Assembly: GCF_001194135.2 (NCBI RefSeq)
Contig: NC_068997.1
Span: 38,613,229 to 38,677,228 of the forward strand
Direction: 5' to 3'
Length of the DNA: 64,000 bases
Source: Octopus bimaculoides
Lineage: Eukaryota
Shown piece by piece: positions 48,601 through 59,140 of the stretch (the first letter of the stretch is position 1; each line of letters opens with the position of its first letter). The position numbers were made by a program, and so were the translations under genes. The notes under the pieces are model-generated. The model searched no databases, was not told where the DNA came from, and saw only the letters and a list, made by a program, of their open reading frames with translations.

Positions 48601-50472
48601 CAAAGCAATTAATTGCAAGTGAAATTAATAGGGCTTTTTTTTTTATCAGGAACATGACATGAGAATGTAACAACACAATTATTAACAGTGGCAATCGGTG
48701 TTAATAACATTAATTATCTATGCTCAACTTAGTTTTATTCATCATCGTTTAACGTCCGCTTTCCATGCTAGCATGGGTTGGACGATTTGACTGAGGACTG
48801 GTGAAACCGGATGGCAACACCAGGCTCCAGTCCGATTTGGCAGAGTTTCTACAGCTGGATGCCCTTCTACAGCTGGATGCCCTTCCTAGCTTAAAATTTG
48901 GTCAGTCTTTTTTTCTATGTAATAGACGTCTTCTATCTTTTACTTGTTTCACTCATTTGACTGCGGTCATGCTGGGGCACTTCCTTGAAGAGTTTTAGTT
49001 GAACAAAGTGACCCCAGGACTTATTTTCTTTTAATCCTAGTGATTTGTTATTGTTACTTGATAAGGCCAGTACAAAATCCATTGTGATAGTTAGTGAGCA
49101 TAAATAATTTATAATATAAAGGTATATATCTCAATCTTTGAATTACTTTAGTCTTGACATTCCTACTGCTACTCTGTGTCTAATATTAAATCTGAAAAAG
49201 GTGGCAAGCTGACAGAATCGTTAGCAGGCCGGGCAAATACTTAGTAATATTTCATCCATCTTCATGTTCTGTATTCAAATTCCACCTAAACCAATTTTGC
49301 CTTTCATCCTTTTGAGGTCACTAAAATAAGTACGAGTTGAACACTGGGACTGATTTTATCTAGTCAGGCCCTCTCCCCAAACTGCTGGCCTTGTACCAAA
49401 ATTTGAAACCAATATTAGATCTGGAAATAACTAAAGACTGATTTAGGAAAATTTTAAAAATCTTTCCATAAAATGCAACTGTGAAAAATTATTAAAAGTT
49501 GCTATTTAATATTGAATAATAGAAACTGAAACTTACAAAGCAAACAAAATTGGTTTTACACAAAGCAATTAATTGCAAGTGAAATTAATAGGGCTTTTTT
49601 TTTTATCAGGAACATGACATGAGAATGTAACAACACAATTATTAACAGTGGCAATCGGTGTTAATAACATTAATTATCTATGCTCATTAATTATCTATGC
49701 TCAACTTAGTTTTATTACAGCTTAAAATTTGGTCAGTCTTTTTTTCTATGTAATAGACGTCTTCTATCTTTTACTTGTTTCACCTATTTGACTGCGGTCA
49801 TGCTGGGGCACTTCCTTGAAGAGTTTTAGTTGAACAAAGTGACCCCAGGACTTATTTTCTTTTAATCCTAGTACTTATTCTGTAGGTCTCTTTTGCTGAA
49901 CTGTTAAATTATGGGAACATAAACACACCAACACNNNNNNNNNNAAACTTACAAAGCAAACAAAATTGGTTTTACACAAAGCAATTAATTGCAAGTGAAA
50001 TTAATAGGGCTTTTTTTTTTATCAGGAACATGACATGAGAATGTAACAACACAATTATTAACAGTGGCAATCGGTGTTAATAACATTAATTATCTATGCT
50101 CAACTTAGTTTTATTCATCATCGTTTAACGTCCGCTTTCCATGCTAGCATGGGTTGGNNNNNNNNNNNNNNNNNNNNNNNNNNNNNNNNNNNNNNNNNNN
50201 NNNNNNNNNNNNNNNNNNNNNNNNNNNNNNNNNNNNNNNNNNNNNNNNNNNNNNNNNNNNNNNNNNNNNNNNNNNNNNNNNNNNNNNNNNNNNNNNNNNN
50301 NNNNNNNNNNNNNNNNNNNNNNNNNNNNNNNNNNNNNNNNNNNNNNNNNNNNNNNNNNNNNNNNNNNNNTTAAATTTAACAGTCAAATATAGCCTTATAC
50401 AGAAATGTTGACATAGGAATAAATTTCAATAATAATGGATATTAGCGTCAAAACTCTCTTTTAAATTTAAAA

Positions 50473-50509
<37 letters not shown>

Positions 50510-53500
50510 GGTGGGCTTCTTTTAGATTCTGTCTATCAAATGCACACACAAAGCTTTTGTTGGCTCCAGACTACAATAGAAGACACTTGCCCAAGGTGCC
50601 ACACAGTGGGATTGAACTAGGAACCTTGTGGTTGGGAAACAAGCTTCTTACCACACAACCATGCCTCTGCCTATAAGATGTAGCAAGTACTTTTACATCA
50701 TTAAAGTTATGAAGAATTTCTGGTGAAGTATATACCCTGCTCCTCCTCTTCATCATCATCATTTTATCGTTTTCCCATGCTGACATAGGTGGGACAGTTT
50801 GACTGGCTACAACAGGTCAGATGACCTCTTCTTGCTCCAATATCTCATTGTTTGTATGGTTTCTGTTGCTGGATGCCCTTCCTTACGCAAACCACTTTAC
50901 TGAGTGGACTGCATACATTCTATTGTAGCTTCATCATTATAGAATTTCCTTGTCATCAGCTCACGGAAGATCAAAAGTCACAACTGAATGTGTGTCGTGA
51001 ACTGAAAGTACAGTTGGAAGTTGATCCGAACCTTTTTCCGAAGGTCATCAGTGGTGATGAAAGCTGGTGCAATGGCTACGACCCGTAAATGAAGCAGCAG
51101 TCAAGTCAATGGAAGCCTTCAATGTCACCATGCCCCCAATGAGAGGACAATGCTGATTTGTTTCATTGATGTGAAAGGAATTGTTTACACAGTATTTGCT
51201 CCTCCTGGTCAAACTGTTAACCAAACATTTTACTTTGCAGTTCTGAAGCATTTGCAAGATACGGTGAGACAAAAATGCCCCAACCAGTGGCAAAGTGGAG
51301 AGTGATGGTTTCATCACGACAATGTGCTTCTACACACTGCTTTGAGTGTGAGACAATTTTTGACCAAAAATGGCATTCCAGTTTCTATTTGGTACCCCCT
51401 TGTACTCCTATGTTATACATAGGTGGGTAAAGTGGTGCAAGAAAGAAAGAGAAGTAAGGAATGGTAAGGGAAAGGTAGTGTTAGGGGATTAGTGAGCAGG
51501 AGTCACTGTGATAAGGGCAGTAAGGCGAGAGAATGAAGGAATTGAGTAAGAGGAGATGCAATGCTAGCCCTCACCCATGTTATATATGGGTGGGTAGACT
51601 GGTGTGGAGGAGAGATTGATAAAATGATGAGAGGTCTTGATCTATCTTCGGGATAACATGTTCAATAAAGCATAGTGACAAGGGAGTCAGGGAGGGTGGG
51701 TAAAGGTCAGCCAAGTGCAATTCTTTCCTGCTCAAGCATCATTATTCTGGAGTAAAGATAAATATAGAAGGTAGATGTATGAGGAAGGGAGATATTCAGT
51801 TATGCACAAATTATTTTATTCTCAGTTACACGTGTCATGGTATGGTGGATAGATGAGATGAGAGGGTACAGAACAGGTACAACAAATAGGATAATAGACA
51901 GTGATGGTATGAAGGTATAGACTGAGCAAAAAACCCAAAGGCAAGGGAGCCAATGCATACTAAGCATGAATGGGAGGTTGGAACTTCCGCAACATCAGTT
52001 CTTGGGATCATTTGTCAACACTTCATCTAGTCTTCCTCAGTCTTTTTATATATATATGATTTGTATAAAAAAGAGTAAAGATCCCCTCAGTCATGAGTGA
52101 CCTTGGGATTGCACCTAGAAAGTTACCCTCTGAGGCAAAAGTCCAGGCAAGGTTATTAATGGAAGACCAGCAAGTTGCCCATGCATGCCAACCTCCCTTC
52201 TCCATGCCACCAATGTTATCCAAGAGAAAGGTAAAGGCTGATACAGCTTGGCACCTATAACTGAACGGGAGCAATGTGAAATAAGTGTCTTGCTCAACAC
52301 ACAGCCTGTTTCAGGAATTGAACTCACTACCTCATGATTGTAAGCCTGACACTCTAACCATTGAGTCATGCACCTTCATGATATGTATATTTACTGAGAA
52401 TGATATGCAATTCTAGGTTTCTGTACTAAATTGAGTTTTGTACATATACTATTATGAATTCAGTGTAGGATTTACTGAAAGTCAGCAATGTTGAGACAAA
52501 TGACTGAAGAAATTATTTCATAAATCTTACCAATATAGATCAGTAACCTGAAAATTATGATAATCTTTAAAAATTTGATGGTTATGACTTGTTAATAAAA
52601 TTCAGAAAATGTTTCTGTTGATTAAGTTTAATTTAACCCTTTAGCATTCAGATTACTCTCTCATATACACGGTACGGACAGTATTTGAGGACAGATTTAT
52701 GGTTTTAAAAAACTCTTATATAATAACAGAAAAAAAAAATGGCATTTTTATAAAAATAACATAAGCATAAAGCTAAGTTATCAATTTAATAATTTCATTC
52801 AATAAAATTATGATAAGCATCAATAACTGCCTCAACATGGGGTCGAACTCATTTACACGCTTGGATTATGTGGTCCTTGTTTATATCGAACATGACTCGA
52901 ACTATGGCAGGTTTCAAAGAATCTTTGGTGCTATGGGGGTGTTCATTGGCATTTTTCTCAATGATGCTCCACACATTGTAGTCCAGTGGATTGAGATCTG
53001 GAGAATTACAAGGTCAAATGTTGGGGGTGATGTGATCATGCAAATTGTCGGCCATCCATTCTTGTGTCATTTGAGCCTTGTGTGATGGTGCAGAATCTTG
53101 TTGAAAGACATAAGGCCTTCTGTTGCATACACTGTTGACCCAAGGCTTAACTTTATCCAGGACCTCAATATACACAGCAGCATTCACCCTAAGGCCTATG
53201 GAAAAAAGTGAGGAGGCATCACATGTCCTTCATTGCTAACAACACCCAAAACTATGACACTTGCAGGAAATTTTGTGTGCATTACTCTTGACACCTCAGA
53301 AGGGTCTGCTCATAGCCATCTGTCATTTCTTCTGTTAGTTTTCTGGTCCTTGTCAAAGTTTTTCTCATTTGAGGAAAACCAAATCACACCATCCTCTGAT
53401 TAAATGGTTTTCTTTTTCCTGACATGAATTGGCCTCTCCTCATCATGTAAGATTTGTATCTGACTTCTTCATGCACAATATTTCTGAATGTTTTTTCTGA

Positions 53501-54485
53501 TACATGAAATTTTTTGCAATTGACCTCATTGATTTTCCTGGATTGTCTTCAATGTTTTGCTTAACTTCCTGAATAAATTCATGTGTCCTGATAGAATCAG
53601 AGCGTTTGGAATGTTTTTTTTTGCGTTTTGATACAGGTAATACTCTTCCATCTTCTTTCTCTAACTCGCACCAAATCTTGTGGACAAAAGGTCTTGCAAC
53701 TTTCAGAAAGCGAGAAATTTCTAAATCATTATGCTTAACCTTCAAAGCCACAATCACAGCATGCCTTTTCAGTTCATTAGTAAGCATGCGGTGTGTCATT
53801 GTTATTTTCTGAAGTTCAATAAAAATTAGTTAAATAAAATAATGACTGAAAATACACATGTCCTCAAATACCATCTGCACCCTGTACAATGCTTATTTAT
53901 GCACATTGTTTTTAATTAATTATGTATTATTTCATAGCTTTGAAATTTCAACGATGTGATTGTTTATTTTTGGAATGATGCAGTAGGAGAGATATGAGAG
54001 GTTATGTCTGGCCAGTTTGAATGCTAAAGGGTTAAATTAAATATGTTTGAAATTGAACTGTTGATGCTGCTTTGCTGGTTGGACGACTGTGGTAATAGTA
54101 GCATTGTTTATTATATTGTGTACATGTGTTTTATAATATTTATTGTGTTACCGTTTCTATTTTCATCAGGTGGTTTGAGATGAGTTGTTTACACCTCCAA
54201 GATCCAGCCCATAATATCACTGTTACTACTTATTCTCAACCAACACCAATTCCAACACCTTATGTATTGACTGCTCAGGACCGAACTCCCACAGATTATC
54301 CTTTGCGCTGGTCAGGCCTTGCTGTGACAATTGGGCAAGTAGTAGAAGAGGCCCAACCACATATTGGGCGTTCTAATTGGCAGTTAGCTTTAGCTGGTGT
54401 CAGTCGCTACCAAAGTTTAAGTTTAGCTGCTCAGGTATTGGCTTACCTCTATAAACAACAGTTTCCAACATCATATATATCTTGA
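33588..54485 (+). CDS. PRRC1: PRRC1 (proline-rich coiled-coil 1) ortholog; 9 coding exons, 1158 nt, 385 aa; Ser/Thr-rich N-terminus plus YjjX-like NTPase_I-T domain
   Basis: Exons 33588-33708, 33906-34018, 35814-35851, 40310-40422, 41172-41305, 42063-42117, 43094-43203, 46310-46467 and 54170-54485 all have GT..AG borders with matching phases (1,0,2,1,0,1,0,2) and no internal stop. Motifs MMEE, [58 protein letters not shown] and YKQQFP match vertebrate PRRC1 as I remember it. Confidence 0.93.
33906..34018 (+). CDS. PRRC1: PRRC1 coding exon 2 (Ser-rich, AGGNGNGSSASPVLSSLSSS...TTTD)
   Basis: ttttccttttcag acceptor, gtaagt donor, phase 1 in and phase 0 out; lies inside ORF 33890..34099. Confidence 0.85.
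35277..35490 (+). mobile_element. Meta-type SINE (PRRC1 intron 2)
   Basis: Same head, core and tail as the 30446 copy. Confidence 0.8.
35814..35851 (+). CDS. PRRC1: PRRC1 coding exon 3 (38 nt, VSSSPMTALGTP)
   Basis: Long polypyrimidine tract plus cag, donor gtagga; it is required to bridge phase 0 to phase 2. Confidence 0.75.
36534..36880 (-). mobile_element. RTE-clade LINE insertion with 5' inversion and 12-bp TSD
   Basis: Minus-strand ORF2 C-terminus (WLDVIG...LAQDPQQWRALV) joined at ~36685 to plus-strand RT (NCRGITLLSILGKLF); TSD agaaaatatttt. Confidence 0.8.
40310..40422 (+). CDS. PRRC1: PRRC1 coding exon 4 (MTMTTSLVTETNKIDMP...KSFPS)
   Basis: ctttttcag acceptor, gtgagt donor, open frame, phase 2 to phase 1. 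Confidence 0.8.
40451..40648 (+). mobile_element. Meta-type SINE (PRRC1 intron 4)
   Basis: Family head, core and tail; starts 29 nt after the exon 4 donor. Confidence 0.85.
41172..41305 (+). CDS. PRRC1: PRRC1 coding exon 5 (...SLFGWFSGSNFVSRVVEKTK)
   Basis: cattag acceptor at 41171 is the phase-compatible one; gtaatt donor; ends in the conserved xxKTK motif. Confidence 0.88.
42063..42117 (+). CDS. PRRC1: PRRC1 coding exon 6 ([18 protein letters not shown])
   Basis: ttctttctacag acceptor, gtaagt donor; close match to the conserved SVESMITTLDPGM motif. Confidence 0.93.
43094..43203 (+). CDS. PRRC1: PRRC1 coding exon 7 (KSGGDIDIIVASTKEVKIGPIREAMQQAFGRATVTGR)
   Basis: Homologous to the first strand/helix of the YjjX-like domain; gtaagc donor; the only phase-compatible acceptor is GAG (43091-43093). 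Confidence 0.9.
43926..44132 (-). mobile_element. Meta-type SINE (PRRC1 intron 7, antisense)
   Basis: Reverse complement of the family consensus. Confidence 0.85.
44402..44573. mobile_element. piggyBac-type MITE (uninterrupted copy); a further copy lies at ~42240-42465
   Basis: TTAA|ccctttagcattca ... aaatgttaaaggg. Confidence 0.75.
45079..45290 (+). mobile_element. Meta-type SINE (PRRC1 intron 7)
   Basis: Family consensus, with ataaaa(t/a)tcatta-like target duplication. Confidence 0.85.
45772..45985 (-). mobile_element. Meta-type SINE, antisense, 14-bp TSD
   Basis: TSD attcaaatagtaat at 45758-45771 and 45986-45999. Confidence 0.9.
46011..46216 (+). mobile_element. Meta-type SINE, sense, 14-bp TSD (1 mismatch)
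   Basis: aatattgatattca at 45997-46010 and aatattaatattca at 46217-46230. Confidence 0.9.
46310..46467 (+). CDS. PRRC1: PRRC1 coding exon 8 ([24 protein letters not shown]...VAIEGFIVELQVD)
   Basis: tttccttag acceptor, gtaatg donor; QPxG, GAxxR and AIEG motifs. Confidence 0.93.
47630..48235 (-). mobile_element. RTE LINE 3' end (intron 8)
   Basis: ORF 48041..48229 homologous to ORF 148..351; (CAT)n tail. Confidence 0.9.
49201..49412 (+). mobile_element. Meta-type SINE (intron 8)
   Basis: Family consensus. Confidence 0.85.
50950..51385 (+). mobile_element. mariner transposase internal fragment
   Basis: LTEDQK, KVISGDESWC.GYDP, MLICFID.KGIV, TVNQTFY, WFHHDN. Confidence 0.85.
52637..54031. mobile_element. 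piggyBac-type MITE interrupted by a maT transposon
   Basis: TTAA at 52633-52636 and 54032-54035; perfect 14-bp TIR ccctttagcattca / tgaatgctaaaggg. Confidence 0.9.
52668..53884 (-). mobile_element. Full-length but inactivated DD37D (maT) Tc1/mariner transposon, 1217 bp
   Basis: TA TSDs; imperfect TIRs sharing gtatttgaggaca; N-terminal ORF 53443..53799; QQDSAPSH...SPDLNPLDY with 37 residues between the Asps; TGG-to-TGA stop in the catalytic region. Confidence 0.9.
54170..54485 (+). CDS. PRRC1: PRRC1 terminal coding exon 9 (WFEMSCLHLQDP...YKQQFPTSYIS*)
   Basis: tttcatcag acceptor; lies inside ORF 54126..54485; stop TGA 54483-54485. Confidence 0.95.
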
Positions 54486-54592
54486 AGTATATTATTTTTT
54501 GGGGTTTTTTTTCTTAGAATGTACTAAAGGAATCTAAACATTACAATCCTCTCTCTCTATTTTTATTTCGAAAATGCAATAATTTGTACTTA

Positions 54593-54598
54593 AATAAA
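54593..54598 (+). terminator. Candidate poly(A) signal AATAAA for PRRC1
   Basis: First AATAAA about 110 nt after the stop, followed by T-rich sequence; later AATAAA sites also exist. Confidence 0.4.
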
Positions 54599-55759
54599 AT
54601 GAGATTTTATAACTGGTGATCAAATCATTTCAAACTTGAGGTGACAAATAACTAACGATATCTAAAATTGAGTTTGTTTTGTAGGTTTTTCCACTCATAT
54701 TTATAAGTTCTTTATTTCCACATTTTAGATTTATTTTATATATGTATCCATGTCACAGAATTATCTAAATTTTCATATATTTCCTTATTTATTAAGCTGT
54801 TAGTCTAAGCTGTGCTGACACTTGAACCATTTCTTTTATCTTGTGCTTTTTTGATTTGTTAATTTTTCTATATCCAAGACAAAGAAACAGTTGTTCTTAA
54901 TCTTACTGGATTGCATTTATAAAGTTCTAATTCTTTAATATTTGCTTTCCTTTTGTATTTAATTCTTATTTAAGCAGGTAGGTATTCACCTCTATATCTA
55001 AATGTGATGTACAGTAGTTGTGGTATAACCTACAATAATACAACGGAAGAAAAATTGCTATTTAAGTTACCTGAAAATAACTAAGGAAGCATATTTTCAG
55101 GAATTCATTTCAACTGTGATTCTTCTGTTAGTTTATTTGTTATAACACTTCAATGTTTTGGAATAATAAATATTTTATACTATTATTTCACATGTACATT
55201 TTTTTTTATTTAGCTTTTTTCATTTAAAGAGAAACCAAAATTAAATATTGTTGGGTAAAGATTTTGGCCTTAGACTAATGTGAAAATGATCTAATAACTG
55301 GCCTGATATAATGACAGTTAGGGGTGGAATTTATTTATACCCAGCAATATACTGTCATATATACAGTAAAACAATAAACTGTTTTACTTCAATACTTATT
55401 TTCATCAGATATAAAATATGAAACTACATTTGAGCATCATGATTTCATATTGCGTTCAGTACTGTTTCAAAAAAGATTTTTTTCACATATTAAATATTCT
55501 AATAGAATAAGTGAGTAGTTGACATAAATCCTTTGTTTGATAACTATTATTTTCTTTCAGTAAACAGATAGTATTCATTATTGTCATTCATATATATATA
55601 TATAAAGACAATAACTTAGATGGAAATTCATAGACTTTATTAATGCACCACATCATGTGTTTCTGCATCTCATGTGCAGAAACACATGTTGTGATGCATC
55701 AGTAAAGCCTATAAATTTCCACAAGTCATTATTGTTATTATATTTATCCTAAGCAATGT

Positions 55760-55966
55760 GGGAGCTGGCAGAAACATTAGCACGCCGGGTGAAATGCTTA
55801 GCAGTATTTCGTTGTCTTTATGTTCTGAGTTCAAATTCCACTGAGGTCACCTTTGCCTTTCATCTTTTGGGGTTGATAAATTAAGTACCAGTTGCATACT
55901 GGGATCGATCTAATTGATTGGTCCCTTCCCCCAAAATTTCGGGCCTTGTGACTAGAGTAGAAAAGT
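55760..55966 (+). mobile_element. Meta-type SINE
   Basis: Family consensus. Confidence 0.85.
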
Positions 55967-56099
55967 ATATTTATCCTAAGCTGAAAGGAGTTCTACTTGT
56001 ATAACCGTTCCATCAGATTACACTGGGAGATGGGACTGGCAGGTGGTAGCCGACAACCAGAAGCATAGGAGTTTTTAAGAGCACATTCTAAGGCTTTTG

Positions 56100-56201
56100 C
56101 CCAAAACAAACTAAATGGATGTGTGTATATATAATTACATCACCGAATTTGTTAAGAAGAAGGTCATATATACTTGTATATATATTTATATATATATATA
56201 A

Positions 56202-56255
<54 letters not shown>

Positions 56256-58050
56256 CAGATGGTATATATTATGCATATATATGTATGTGTGTGTATATAG
56301 AAGAATGATGAACAAACAATAACAGGTATAAGGAATGTATTTATATGAATAATTCCATATGTAATTTATATGATGAAAGTGGGTTGTGTTTTTAAAGCCA
56401 TTTCACATGATCCATGAGTGGTTGATATAACAATGCATATTATGCAAGTCGGTGCAATACTGAGACATAAGCATAAAAACAAAGATAGTATCCACTCACA
56501 CACATTTTGGTGGCTGAGTATTTCTGTGCAACAAATTCACAGAATTATATTCAGAAAATGAAGGGCAAGTGTGTGAACAGAGGTGGTGTTTATAACAATT
56601 TATATGCATCAATAAATTAGATAAAAAGATTTTCTAGGGTGGTTGTAGTAAGAGACACAAGGTAGGTAAGGAATGGACATGAAGACACAAAGAGAAGAAG
56701 GGAAGGTATGTAAGGTGAAGGGAGGTGGGTATGAGTAAAGAATAGGAGGTAAGTGACCCAGGTGATGGGGTGGAAAGAATGAAGAGACAAGGGGAAAGTA
56801 AAGAGAGGAAAAGGGACAACTGTGAGTCAGTGGTTCTCAATCGGAGTCGTATAAGATTTTGTTAAAATTTATTTGCAATAAATCACTTATACTTCTACAA
56901 TTACAATACACAAAATATTTTCATTTTTTAAAAATACAATTCTTAATAATATTTAATTATAAAAATACAGTAGGATTTTATTTGAACATCGAATGGCTAT
57001 GGGGGCCCCAGTAGAATAAAGTAGGGATCAAAGGGGCCCATAGGCAAAAAATGTTCACTTTCTACAACCAAAAATAATGGGAAGGTAGGGTGAAGTGAAT
57101 TGATCAAAGGAAATACATTAATCATACCAAAATCGGGGTGGGAGGTGGAGGAGAATAAAAATATAAATAAACCCTGTCATAGTGTAGAGATACACAGTAT
57201 CAAATGTTGCAGTTGCACCAAGCATAGATATCCAATAAAGGGAGGAGCAATATGGCAAGGAAATGTGACAGCAAGCTACTAGTTAGATGGTACATTAATG
57301 GAGGTGGGGAAGAGAAAGTAAAAAAAAAAAAATGGGTGTGAAATAAACAAGGTCATTCAGTTCTGAAGACAAAGCTTAAGTATATTCCAAGATACATTTT
57401 GAAAGAAGGGAGTCTTAAAGGTGACAAAGCTATTTTGTCAAGAATATACTAATAAGGAGAAAATAAGTATTAGGGAAAAAGTGCAAGGAAAGATGTGGGA
57501 TGAAAAGATAAACCCAAGGATTTATTTAAATTGGTTTGAGCATAGTATGTGGTAATAGGTAAAAGACTTGTAAAATTAATAACAGAATGTAATTACATCA
57601 CCGAATTTGTTAAAGAGGAGGTCATCATTCTGATATAATATTTCTAGGGATTCTTGGCTGTGTAGATTACATGCTAGTTGGCTTCCTTGGTATGGTATTC
57701 AAGTCTTCTTGAAGGACCTGGAGATACCAAATATTATATTTTTGGCTTTGATGTAAGTGGCAAGCAAAGTAGGTTTTCACTTGATATTTGAAAAAGAGCT
57801 AATGTGTGCAAGATACTGGCACTTAGTCAATCGTTGTTACTTCTATGTATATTCTGGTGGAGTTATGTGTGATAGGAACTATACACCTACATACAACATT
57901 ATAGCATAGACAGTGGTCTCACAAGAGACAATTATTTGATATTCTACAGTTGTATGTCTTCTTATCTCAAGTTAATATATGGATCTACATATATTATTAT
58001 AAACAGTACCTCTGTTCACACATTCACCGTTTTCTTCTGAAGAAAATGCT
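56100..58050. mobile_element. Possible old Penelope-like remnant (GA-rich, with a repeated ~35-nt motif)
   Basis: aattacatcaccgaatttgttaa...ggtcat at ~56132 and ~57591; no clean protein motif recovered. Confidence 0.25.
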
Positions 58051-58834
58051 ATGAATCTGTTGCACAATGATGTTTAGCCACCAAACTTTGTGCTTTTATG
58101 TTTATGAGTACAAATTTTAACCTCTAATCTGAGTGTAGCTGTGAATTTCTTGATAGTTCAGCAAAGATGTTTCCTTTTTCACTGGGTCATCTTGTATTCA
58201 TTTTCATTTTATATTTCCCTTTTACCTTGCCAATCAAGGAATTCATTTTCTTTGAATGAGTCTGTATCTGACTGTGCCATTATTTTCTGGTTGCTCTTGT
58301 TAAATGCAACATTGACCTAATATGGCAAACACTTGTGTTAAATTTACTGCAGACTTTTATATCATCATGTTGATCCACCAAACTTAACTCTTGGTGTTTA
58401 CTTATTAATATTAAAATTCCTTTTTGCTATGTGAAAGCAGTTTGATAATACTGACTCAAGACTCTTGTTGAGATGGAATATTTGAAGATTGGCTGCTACA
58501 AGTAGTTATCTTACAGGTATTAATAAAATATCTGCATATCTACTTAAAAAAGTTTAATAAAGTTTGATATCATCCTATTCTGTTGTGTTTTTTTTATTTA
58601 TGTTTATGATTTTGTTTTTGTAATCACTTAAAAATGTGTGTTGTGCTTTTCAAATTATTGATAATAAATGTCATTCATAATATTCATTTAGTCTGAAAGC
58701 TCCCTTTAGATTGTGACTTTTGCATCCTTGTATTGTGTAAACAAGCTTTTTATAATCTAGTATTATAACTAGTTAGAGAACAATTTTATGATTTATACCT
58801 GAGTAATTTGTATCCAGATAAAGTCAGGAGAGTG

Positions 58835-59140
58835 TAGATCATCATCATTTAACATCTGTTTTCTATGCTGGCATGGATTAGATGGTTTCACTGGAGCTGG
58901 AGAGCTGCACCAGACACCAGTCTGTTTTGGCTTGGTTTCTATGGCTGGATATCCTTCCTAATGCCAACCACTGCTCAGCCTTGTACACGTCACTGGCATG
59001 GGTGCCTTTAACATGTCACCAGCATAGGTGGCTTTTACATGTCACTCTGGCCATGACTACAATTTCACTTAGCTTGTCATGTCTTCTCAAGCACAACAAA
59101 TTATCAAAAGTCTCAGTTGCTTGTCATTGCCTTCTTAAGA
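58835..59140 (-). mobile_element. RTE 3' end, degenerate
   Basis: (CAT)n tail and ctggata(t/g)ccttcctaatgccaacc motif. Confidence 0.75.
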
